Of a DNA stretch of 29,988 nt, positions 1-8,038 are shown piece by piece. Positions within the stretch are counted from its first letter, which is position 1; each line of letters opens with the position of its first letter. Made by a program: the position numbers and the translations under genes. Source of the stretch: Acaryochloris thomasi RCC1774 (GTDB taxonomy: Bacteria; Cyanobacteriota; Cyanobacteriia; Thermosynechococcales; Thermosynechococcaceae); the NCBI RefSeq assembly GCF_003231495.1, contig NZ_PQWO01000036.1, forward strand, positions 1 through 29,988, written 5' to 3'. The notes beneath the pieces are model-generated. The model made no database searches and was not told where the DNA came from. It saw only the letters and a list, made by a program, of their open reading frames with translations.

Positions 1-2
1 TT

Positions 3-242
3 ATGCCGTGGGATTTTCGCAAAGGTATTCGAGCAAAGGTACAGCCGAAGCCAACCCTATCTGTTCCCAAAACTGCTACTCCTTCGCGGTCAGGATGCGA
101 TCGCTCTTATCCAGATGTTTGCATTCCTTCTTCTCCGCCTGACTTGGACTGTGGTGATATTAGCTATCGTCGTTTCCGTGTGGTTGGGGCAGACCCGCAT
201 CGATTTGATGGGAATCTTGATGGAGTGGGCTGTGAGCGATAG
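3..242 (+). CDS. 3' end of a staphylococcal-nuclease (SNase)-like protein with a Cys-rich C-terminal tail; the 5' end lies outside the window
   Basis: The ORF runs from the window edge. The PWDFRKG motif is typical of the end of the SNase fold. It is followed by CDRSYPDVCIPSSPPDLDCGDI...DPHRFDGNLDGVGCE, a tail I recall from cyanobacterial thermonuclease-family proteins. A HIP1 site lies at 97-104. Confidence 0.5.
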   Translation: MPWDFRKGIRAKVQPKPTLSVPKTATPSRSGCDRSYPDVCIPSSPPDLDCGDISYRRFRVVGADPHRFDGNLDGVGCER

Positions 243-313
243 TTATGATTATGGACACGATTGATGTGATGGCTAGGGTAAGTTGACAACAGGCCAAAGA
301 ATTACTTCTGTAG

Positions 314-1006
314 ATGAAACAAGACTTTGATCCGAGCGACAACCTCAAAAAAATTTCGCTCTACACCTTTATCGCTTTTCTATCGATCAGTGCATTTTTT
401 GCCATCGCTAGCGTATTGACTGGTAGGTTCGGGGAATTTGAGCTGAAGGTCTTGATCACGACCTCTGTGATTGCCATTGCTAGTATTTGTTCTTTGTGTT
501 GTTCCGCCTACTCCAGTCGGAAACAAAATACTGTTCCTAGTTACAGTGGCATTGCACTGGCAGGTGCTTCTGCCGTGATGTTGATACTGGGTGTGTGGGC
601 AGAGATTGCTGCTGAAGGGTATTGGAAAAGCACAGCTATTCTCAGCATTTTCGCATTCGCATCCGCACATTCGCTGGCTCTATTAGCTGTGCGCCTGAGA
701 GCAGAGCACGCATGGGTTCAGTTCGTTACAGTCATTAACATCTTCACATTTGCGACTGTTATCTCAGCGACTATCCTTGGCGAGATCAGCAACGAGGGGA
801 ACGTTAAATTTGTCACTATGCTTGCAATCCTTGCGGCACTAGAAACGTTAGTAATTCCTATCCTGGGGCGATTAGTGAAAGTAAAGGGGTCTCAAGTGAG
901 AGAAGTTCTATCCCTCACTAAACGGGTAGATGGAGCCTATGAAGACAAGCATGGAACTCTTTATGAAGTAAAAAAAATATCAGACAAGCCACCTGGAAGT
1001 ATCTAG
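314..1006 (+). CDS. polytopic membrane protein, unknown function
   Basis: ATG-initiated 230-aa ORF with about six hydrophobic helices (e.g. ISLYTFIAFLSISAFFAIASVL, VLITTSVIAIASICSLCC, GIALAGASAVMLILGVW) and a charged C-terminal tail. I recognise no family motif. Confidence 0.55.
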   Translation: MKQDFDPSDNLKKISLYTFIAFLSISAFFAIASVLTGRFGEFELKVLITTSVIAIASICSLCCSAYSSRKQNTVPSYSGIALAGASAVMLILGVWAEIAAEGYWKSTAILSIFAFASAHSLALLAVRLRAEHAWVQFVTVINIFTFATVISATILGEISNEGNVKFVTMLAILAALETLVIPILGRLVKVKGSQVREVLSLTKRVDGAYEDKHGTLYEVKKISDKPPGSI

Positions 1007-1080
1007 GTCATGATTGATTTAAGGAACTATGGAACTTGCCGGATACTGTTCATCAAAGGCCACTGACTGATTGCTGTCCA

Positions 1081-1491
1081 TCAACTAGATTTACTGCTCT
1101 TGTCCTTAGACTGATGATGGGGGATGAACCAAACGAGTGAGGCAACAACAAGGTCAAGGATTGAATGATAAATATTAAGATAGGTTACTTCACCTGATAC
1201 TCTTGAAACCTCGACTAAATCCATTTCTAATCCTGGCTTAGCCAAACTTTCAGCAAGTTCTTCTAGAATTCTTCTCTCAGATAGGACTCTGTTGAGAGTT
1301 GTAAGGTTGATAATAGCAAACACCAAAAAAGCGACAATGAGAATCACTCTGATTGCTACAGGGCGTGTCGCCTTTTGCGCTGCTGTCACGAAGCCTAGAA
1401 TTCCGATAGCCAAAGTAATATAAAGGTTCCATAATGCCTGGAATGCACCAAAGCGCTCGTAAAGAAGAGGAAGAACATCTGTTAATTCCAT
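1081..1491 (-). CDS. small membrane protein, unknown function
   Basis: ATG-initiated 136-aa ORF with at least two clear hydrophobic helices (LYITLAIGILGFVTAA, VILIVAFLVFAIINL), convergent with the preceding gene. Confidence 0.45.
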   Translation of the reverse strand: MELTDVLPLLYERFGAFQALWNLYITLAIGILGFVTAAQKATRPVAIRVILIVAFLVFAIINLTTLNRVLSERRILEELAESLAKPGLEMDLVEVSRVSGEVTYLNIYHSILDLVVASLVWFIPHHQSKDKSSKSS

Positions 1492-1900
1492 ACCGGAGCA
1501 ATAGAGAGTTCTACAGGGGAATGTCTTCTTCTCTCTGGCTTGAGAAAGAATTATGCAAGATGGAACAAAAATTTAGGCGTTGCATGGTCGAAGTATAAAG
1601 CAGTATCCAATCTCTTAACCTATGAAGTGTCCAGATTGATACTCCTTCATATCTATAGAATGACACTATGACCTCATTGCCGGTTGATTGTATCGTTTGA
1701 CGGTATTTTGGACCTGAAGCTCTCTGATGTCCTATTAGCTTCAAAACCCACCATCAAGACTCCTGTCTTTTGGAACTATAACGATGACCGGAACACCTGC
1801 TTGATTGCTCATTGAGTGGCTCTAAAGATCTTTAAAGTGTCATTGAAGGTTATAGGAAAAGTGACTTTGGATGCCTGTTTTTAGTATTCAGCTCTGAATA

Positions 1901-1917
1901 GGCTGTTTCGCAAAAAC
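1901..1917. repeat. solo IS6-family terminal inverted repeat, left-end orientation
   Basis: GGCTGTTTCGCAAAAAC matches the left IR of the complete IS at 4114-4130 (GGCTGTGTCGCAAAAAC) at 16 of 17 positions. No transposase follows it. Confidence 0.45.
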
Positions 1918-2199
1918 ACAATCATTGTTTCCATGAGCTGCACCCGTTTAGGTAGCTGCTCTGGCTGCCTAAGGAGCGAAACACCTAAGTTTTCGTCCTT
2001 GATGCGATTGAGAGTATAGAGAAAAATGTGGAAGAATTGATTCTTTGAGGTCGAAATCATATAGATCTGTAGATAAATCTGACTTTTCTTATCGAAATTC
2101 ATTGATTCATCTGTAGGCAATCTTTTTAATGAAATACTTGAATAAATATCATGCACTTGGATAAAGAACTTTTAGATAGAGGTGGAAGTATATATTTCC

Positions 2200-3222
2200 A
2201 TGAATTCTAGTAATAATACTTTGCAAAAACTTGTGCCACCTTCCGCAAGTGTAAATGATGTGAATGGGATTCTTCCACCTGATGAGGGATTTAGCTACTT
2301 TGATGCTTATGATCAATATCCATTCCTGCATTCAGCAAAGCAGTTTAAAAAAGTCAATGCATGGCGGCTGGCTGATTGTGCATTGCTAGCATACGCCCAT
2401 GAGGATTTTTCTAAGCGGCAGTTTGAGAAGTTTGGATTGCAGAAGTTTAGACTGTTTTCTGGGAATAGTACTCAATGTCATGTCGCTAGCAATGATCAGT
2501 TCTCAATTGTTGATTTTCGTGGTACAGAGATAAAGAATTCCAACCTCATTCAAGATCTCCTGATTGATGTTCGTGCGAATTTTTCTGATTCCTCGCTAGG
2601 TGGGAAAGTCCATGATGGCTTCAAGGCTGCTCTGGATGAAATCTGGTACGGAGAAGATGGCCTTCTACAATACTTGCAACAGCTCAAAAATGAGTTTCAG
2701 GAGATGCATTTTTGGTATACAGGTCATAGTTTAGGTGCTGCCCTTGCTGTTCTAGCTGCTGGAAGGTTCAAGCATGTTCAGGGCATATATACTTACGGTT
2801 GTCCGAAAATAGGTAATTCAGCATTTACAAGTAATTTTGCCCCAACGAATAATTTCTATCGGTTCGTCAATAACAATGATGTGATTCCAGAGTTGCCCCT
2901 AACCAATCTGTGGGTTACATCAGGTACGACAAACCAATTGGGTGTACCTATCCCGTGGGTTGACTTTCATGCTCCAGAACTTTATCAGCAGGTTGGTTCT
3001 CTGATGTATATTGATCAGGCAGGTAAATCCTCAGAAATGCCTAGTTCTCAGGCTCAGTTAATTGATCGTTTTGAAGGGATTGTTAATAATGCAAAGGATT
3101 CTGTTGTAAACCTTATGTCAGCACGCCTTGCCAACTTGCCTGATAGTTTTGTAGATCATGCTCCAGTCTTCTACGCAGTGCATACACGTAACAACTTTAT
3201 TGATTCGCTTGGGGCAGGATAG
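2200..3222 (+). CDS. class 3 lipase (Lipase_3) family alpha/beta hydrolase
   Basis: Nucleophile elbow GHSLGAALA, Asp in FVNNNDVIPELP, and His in VDHAPVFY. The order and spacing fit the Lipase_3 Ser-Asp-His triad. The ATG at 2200 is preferred over the GTG at 2182. Confidence 0.8.
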   Translation: MNSSNNTLQKLVPPSASVNDVNGILPPDEGFSYFDAYDQYPFLHSAKQFKKVNAWRLADCALLAYAHEDFSKRQFEKFGLQKFRLFSGNSTQCHVASNDQFSIVDFRGTEIKNSNLIQDLLIDVRANFSDSSLGGKVHDGFKAALDEIWYGEDGLLQYLQQLKNEFQEMHFWYTGHSLGAALAVLAAGRFKHVQGIYTYGCPKIGNSAFTSNFAPTNNFYRFVNNNDVIPELPLTNLWVTSGTTNQLGVPIPWVDFHAPELYQQVGSLMYIDQAGKSSEMPSSQAQLIDRFEGIVNNAKDSVVNLMSARLANLPDSFVDHAPVFYAVHTRNNFIDSLGAG

Positions 3223-3230
3223 CTACTATA

Positions 3231-3626
3231 TCACCGCACCACCGGCAACTCTTCCCACCGTGTTGTGAACGCCGGCGTACACCGCTCCCGCTTCATGGCC
3301 CACTGTTGGCTGCAGCCCTCGCTAGCAAAGAACACCGCCCGCCGTCCATAAATCCGATTGAGCTGATCGATCGCACTCATGAGTGCTACAGCCTTTTCGC
3401 TATCCCTTCGGTAAAACAGATTGCCCTGCATCGCATTTGCCTGGGAGATATCTAAGAGCATCACCCCCGCCTTTGCATAGCGCGGCCCCTGCTTGTAAAT
3501 TCTCCGTAGCGCTTGCCCTGCCGCATTGATCAGCTTGCGGGTGTCAGCCGTGGGAACTGGGAACTTGGCTAAGGCTGACTGGTCGTAGTATTTGGGGTTT
3601 ATGGTGAATCGGTACAGGAAACAACG
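3231..3626 (-). pseudogene. umuC: 3' fragment (about 130 codons) of umuC, the Y-family translesion DNA polymerase V catalytic subunit
   Basis: Hand translation upstream of the listed ORF keeps the frame open to a TAG at 3627-3629. The product reads ...PVPTADTRKLINAAGQALRRIYKQGPRYAKAGVMLLDIS...GNLF...WAMKRERCTPAFTTRWEELPVVR, which matches the conserved UmuC C-terminus (YxKAGVML, TTRW). The N-terminal about 290 aa, including the catalytic palm, are absent, and there is no umuD. Confidence 0.7.
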
Positions 3627-4113
3627 CTAAGCCTGTAACGCCCTGACAGCAAGGAATACAGGCGCTAATTTTGGCGTATTTTTGAAGGCGCAAATTGCTG
3701 TAACCCTTACTGGTTATGCAATAGAAGGTTTTGCATTTTTTGCTTTTTGTTGTATCTGGCCTGTAATCCCTTTCAGATAAGGCTTTCAGGGACTATTCCT
3801 GAATTTGGCCTTCATTTTCCTGGAACTCATAGTCTGTTGCTCCAGAGTATCTTAACTACTTTGGAGCTTTACTCAACAATGCCGATTAATAATTTATCGA
3901 TCCATTGTCTTGGGTAAGTACTTCTAAGAAAAAGCAAATCTCATTATGTCTACTTTTTATGCACTTTTACCCATCATTTTTTCGTATTTAGAGCTTGAAT
4001 ATGTTGATGTTCTCACTGTGTGAGAGGATCCTTAGAACAAGTCATGTCAACTCTTGAGAGACAAAGTAAATAACTTACTTGAATCCGTAGAACTCTTTAA
4101 CTACAAGTAATAC

Positions 4114-4956
4114 GGCTGTGTCGCAAAAACTGGGGCAGATCGCCTAAGGCTGTAATCTAGAGAGTCAATCTATCGCCTCCTTCTTCCGACATGAACCCTG
4201 CTGAACCGTTCAAGTGGCGTCACTATCAAGCCGAGATTATCCTGCTCAATGTCCGCTGGTACTGCCGTTATCCTCTGAGCTACCGGAACTTAGAGGATAT
4301 GATGCTTGAGAGAGGACTGGAAGTTGATCACAGCACTATTAATCGCTGGGTTCTCCACTATGGCCCTGAACTTGATGATCGGACTCGCCCATACATCAAG
4401 CCCACCAACGATTCTTGGAAAGTGGATGAGACTTATATCAAGGTAAGAAAGAAGTGGATGTATCTCTACCGGGCCATCGACTCGGACGGCAACACCCTTG
4501 ACTTCCTGCTCACTGCTCGACGCAATGCCCCTGCTGCAGAGCGTTTCTTGAGAAAAGTGCTTCTCAATGATTACACCCAAGACCCTCGAGTGATTAACGT
4601 TGACAAGAACCCAGCCTACCCTAAAGCGATTGAGAAATTACAGAAAGATGAAGACTTGCCGGAACGCTCGAAACTCAGAGCAGTAAAGTATTTGAACAAC
4701 TTGATCGAACAAGATCATAGATTTATAAAACGCCTAACTAAAGCAGGGATGGGATTTGGCTCGTTTTATACGGCTCGTCGCACTCTCAAGGGTTTTGAAT
4801 CAATGAACATGATCAGGAAGGGACAGGTGAAGGGCGTTGAGAAAAGAGATGTCATGGGACAGATCTCTTTCATAAACAACATCTTCGGAGTGGCGGCTTA
4901 GTCCTTACATTGAGTTATGGTTTCTTGTGCCCATGCTGAGTATTTGCGACACAGCC
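4114..4956 (+). mobile_element. complete IS6-family insertion sequence (843 bp)
   Basis: The terminal inverted repeats are GGCTGTGTCGCAAA at 4114-4127 and its reverse complement TTTGCGACACAGCC at 4943-4956. They bracket a single DDE transposase gene, and the size is typical of IS6/IS26-type elements. Confidence 0.85.
4191..4901 (+). CDS. IS6-family DDE transposase
   Basis: 236 aa. The N-terminus FKWRHYQAEIILLNVRWYCRYPLSYRNLEDMMLERG is typical of IS6. The DDE residues sit in WKVDETY, YRAIDSDG and NNLIEQDHR. Confidence 0.9.
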   Translation: MNPAEPFKWRHYQAEIILLNVRWYCRYPLSYRNLEDMMLERGLEVDHSTINRWVLHYGPELDDRTRPYIKPTNDSWKVDETYIKVRKKWMYLYRAIDSDGNTLDFLLTARRNAPAAERFLRKVLLNDYTQDPRVINVDKNPAYPKAIEKLQKDEDLPERSKLRAVKYLNNLIEQDHRFIKRLTKAGMGFGSFYTARRTLKGFESMNMIRKGQVKGVEKRDVMGQISFINNIFGVAA

Positions 4957-4978
4957 CTTTTTCCTATTATTTCTAAAA

Positions 4979-7900
4979 TCACTTGGGATGGCTATAGCTT
5001 TTGAAGCAGACCCATCGTCGCATGAGTTCTACGTTATAAGAATACAGACCATTCTGTTGAGAAATCACATCATGGTGAATCAGTCTTTCCAAAGCGGAGC
5101 TGATATTCTCTGCCTCAAGATCCGTTTTCTCTACTAACTGGGCTTGAGTCATAGCACCTTCCCTAAGCTCATAAAGTAGCTCAATTTGGTTGTCAGGTTG
5201 CGTCTCTGAAGCTTGCATCCAGACACCATTAAAGTAGGCATTAGCCTCTCGATAAAACTCTGGAGTATTAACCACTGCTTCAATATCCTCAAGAAAAAAG
5301 CATCTCTCACGTTCGAGTCTTTCTTCACAAATCTGACGATTAAACAAGGTTACAAGAGAATGACAGATAAGTTGTAAAAGATAAGGTTGTCCGTTTGATA
5401 GAGTAATTATCTCGTGAACTGATTCAGGTGTATAGTCAACGTCGAACTCTGGAGAAGGTTGAGTGACAAGCTTCTGAGCCGCGACATCAGGTAAGAAACT
5501 AACTGGGATTGATAATACACACCTATACAAGCTACTCCAATAGTTCTGGCTCATCTCCTGTAGCGTATGTAGGCCAGCAAAGGCGATGGTGAACCAGTTA
5601 TATGTTTGAATCAGTCCACGCAGGAAGTCTAAAATCTGAGGACTAAATAGGCCTCTTGAAATATTGATTTCAATATGCTCAAACTCATCTATCGCTACAA
5701 TAAATCTTTGCTTTTGATTGAATTTATTAACCTGTCGAAAGAATTGGTTCAAGGCATTATAGGGGCTTCGACTAAAAAAATCTGAATATTGCGGCTCTTG
5801 CATCTGATTTTGATGTTCAGGTAAGACACTTTCATATACTCTTACAGCCAATTCATACAGCAGTTCATTCGTGTTTGTATGCCCGACCAACAGCATATTG
5901 AAGTCAATAATTTGTATAGACGCTCCGAATCGTAGCTTCATATTTTGAAGGATTGAAGACTTACCCATGCGCCGATGGCCATAGAGCACTACTGATGGAC
6001 AGTGCTCGGAGTTGCCCCAAAGCTCTTCCAAGTACTGCATAATATCTTCTCTACCTACAAATAAGTCCCCAGTAACAGGTGTACCGACGACATAGGGATT
6101 GACTACAGGCTTGAGAATATTTGTGCGTCCTATCTTACCTCCAGCCTCACTGATAAGCCTGTGCCACCGATTGAGAATTGTCTGCAATAGCGTTTGCTCA
6201 GGATTAGCAACCTCCGAAACAAGATACTCACTCAAATTATTAAGAGCCTCATTCGCTCTTAATAATGCCGCTGCACGATTTACGCGGCTAGTTGCATTTA
6301 TGAAAGTTGTTATCTCTAAGCTGATTTCTCTCAGCGTTTGGAGTGCAGCTAGAACAGTAGGCCGGATAGGATAGTTGCTGGGTTGAAATACCCCAAAATG
6401 TGCCTCTACGCCAGACAGCAAATCAATCGTCCGATAGCTGAGTAAGTCCGCCATAAGTTCAAATGACCACTCGATCTCGTTACCGCCTTGATAGCTATTC
6501 AACTGACTGTAAATAGGCCGATAGTTTGGCAAGTCAAAATCTGTTGAGCGGCTGATGTTTATCTCCGAAAGTGCGAGTAACATACCAGAAAAATGGGTTA
6601 GTGGTGTCTCTCGGCGATCTTGCAGAATGCAGGTTGATGAATATACCCTATGCTCGAAAATACAGCATGGTTTCCTGAAGTTACAGCTCTTCCATTGTCC
6701 GCTCAATTCACTCAACAGTATTTCTCCAAGCGATGAAATTTTATCCCACGCATCAGTCGTTTCTGGAGGGAAAACATAGATGTCCCACTCTGGTTCAGTC
6801 AAAAACTGGTACAAAACATGCAGGGGAGCAGTATGGTGATGCAGATATCGTTTGACCGGCTGGTACACAACCCAACGCTGGAAAGGGTTGCTGAGCAGTT
6901 GTCCAATCACAGCTATCTCTTCTTGCTTGTAAAGAAGAGTTTGAGTTATACAGCGCTGGGTACCAGGAAGTGGAATCACGGACAACGCATCCCACTTAGC
7001 AGGGTGTTTCACCCCCAGTCGAGAACTAAATAAACTGAGTGGCAATTCAACAATATATAGATGAAATCGCAGTGTCAGCAGGATTGCCACCACACCATCC
7101 AATAGGCCCCACATCCAGTCTCCAGAAGACCTACCTATGGCAACACCGATAGCGATACAGATAGATAAGCTGACACAAATGCCTCTACCAAGACTGATAC
7201 CTGCTCCTATACCTCCACTCGCGGCGAGACCCGCCATCACACAAAATAACAAACCTCCAAATGTATTATCTTCAGGATTACCACCTGCCCGTGACATGCT
7301 GTTGACTATGACAAAAAGATATCCAGCAATAAAGCTTGTTGCTAAACCAACAGGAGTAGCAATCACTATTCCGAGAATCCCGCCAACGACCAAGGCAATA
7401 GACAACCATATCAATGCACCAAAGATAAGTGGAACTTGGTAGGCATTCGTGATGATTTCCCAATTTAGGGCGATACTGGGCAGGACACCAAGTATTGAAG
7501 CAAGTATGAGTCCTCCTGCAGTACCAGAATTTACTGCGACGATCGTGCTAGCTGATGCACCTCGGGCAAAACCAACTCCAATGCCTAACACTCCGAAAAA
7601 CACAATGAAAAAAGATGCGCTGATTGCTCCTCCTGCAAGGAGACCTTGTAGCCATCCCAGCCAATTTGCCTTCAAAGAAGTGAGTGCGGTGATAGCCAGT
7701 ATAAGTGGAAGACTGAGTAGAGCCGACACTAAACAAGCAGTACCTGGGATAGCAAGAAATAAACGATTGTAGGCAGAGGAGCGCAAAGCTTGAAAGATAT
7801 GCGAACCTGGTCCAGCTCGATACAAACTAGGATCAGCTTGATAGAGATATTGTTTGAGGCAACTAGGACGAAAGTATGCCCAGAATGCAAGTTGTAGATA

Positions 7901-8038
7901 GTGCAAAGGGTTTAGTAGGCTCAGTTGCAGCGGTATCCGATACTGGTATGTTGGGAAAGTAGGCATATTGCTCGCATTAGTTGGTATAACTTCGATAGAG
8001 CTGTGCTGCGGCTTGCTGCAGACGGGCCGGATGGCCAT
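4979..8038 (-). CDS. membrane-anchored STAND/AAA-like P-loop NTPase: N-terminal polytopic Gly/Ala-rich membrane domain, helical middle region, NTPase, C-terminal winged-helix
   Basis: 1019-aa ORF. Walker A is VVLYGHRRMGKSSIL (5954-5980) and Walker B is FIVAIDEFE (5672-5704). It is preceded by NPYVVGTPVTGDLFVGRE, which is typical of Arch_ATPase/AAA_16-like NTPases. Residues about 90-335 are almost entirely hydrophobic Gly/Ala/Ile/Leu helices. The C-terminus (MTQAQLVEKTDLEAENISSALERLIHHDVI) looks like a winged helix. An alternative ATG at 7966 would remove the 62-nt overlap with the upstream gene. Confidence 0.8.
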   Translation of the reverse strand: MAIRPVCSKPQHSSIEVIPTNASNMPTFPTYQYRIPLQLSLLNPLHYLQLAFWAYFRPSCLKQYLYQADPSLYRAGPGSHIFQALRSSAYNRLFLAIPGTACLVSALLSLPLILAITALTSLKANWLGWLQGLLAGGAISASFFIVFFGVLGIGVGFARGASASTIVAVNSGTAGGLILASILGVLPSIALNWEIITNAYQVPLIFGALIWLSIALVVGGILGIVIATPVGLATSFIAGYLFVIVNSMSRAGGNPEDNTFGGLLFCVMAGLAASGGIGAGISLGRGICVSLSICIAIGVAIGRSSGDWMWGLLDGVVAILLTLRFHLYIVELPLSLFSSRLGVKHPAKWDALSVIPLPGTQRCITQTLLYKQEEIAVIGQLLSNPFQRWVVYQPVKRYLHHHTAPLHVLYQFLTEPEWDIYVFPPETTDAWDKISSLGEILLSELSGQWKSCNFRKPCCIFEHRVYSSTCILQDRRETPLTHFSGMLLALSEINISRSTDFDLPNYRPIYSQLNSYQGGNEIEWSFELMADLLSYRTIDLLSGVEAHFGVFQPSNYPIRPTVLAALQTLREISLEITTFINATSRVNRAAALLRANEALNNLSEYLVSEVANPEQTLLQTILNRWHRLISEAGGKIGRTNILKPVVNPYVVGTPVTGDLFVGREDIMQYLEELWGNSEHCPSVVLYGHRRMGKSSILQNMKLRFGASIQIIDFNMLLVGHTNTNELLYELAVRVYESVLPEHQNQMQEPQYSDFFSRSPYNALNQFFRQVNKFNQKQRFIVAIDEFEHIEINISRGLFSPQILDFLRGLIQTYNWFTIAFAGLHTLQEMSQNYWSSLYRCVLSIPVSFLPDVAAQKLVTQPSPEFDVDYTPESVHEIITLSNGQPYLLQLICHSLVTLFNRQICEERLERERCFFLEDIEAVVNTPEFYREANAYFNGVWMQASETQPDNQIELLYELREGAMTQAQLVEKTDLEAENISSALERLIHHDVISQQNGLYSYNVELMRRWVCFKSYSHPK

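Noticed and set aside
1511-2156. ORFs at 1511-1744 (77 aa), 1881-2156 (91 aa) and 2149-2331 (60 aa), all on the minus strand.
   Set aside because: They have no recognisable motifs. The first has a non-ATG start, and neighbouring frames break up as in a decayed gene. The second runs across the solo IS6 IR. The third overlaps the lipase start. Support is insufficient to call any of them.
3631-3782. A locally repeated motif, GCCTGTAACGCCCTGACAGCAAGG / GCTGTAACCCTTACTGG / GCCTGTAATCCCTTTCAGATAAGG, next to the umuC breakpoint.
   Set aside because: The copies are short and need indels to align, and I cannot link them to a known element. It is noted under the umuC finding but not annotated.
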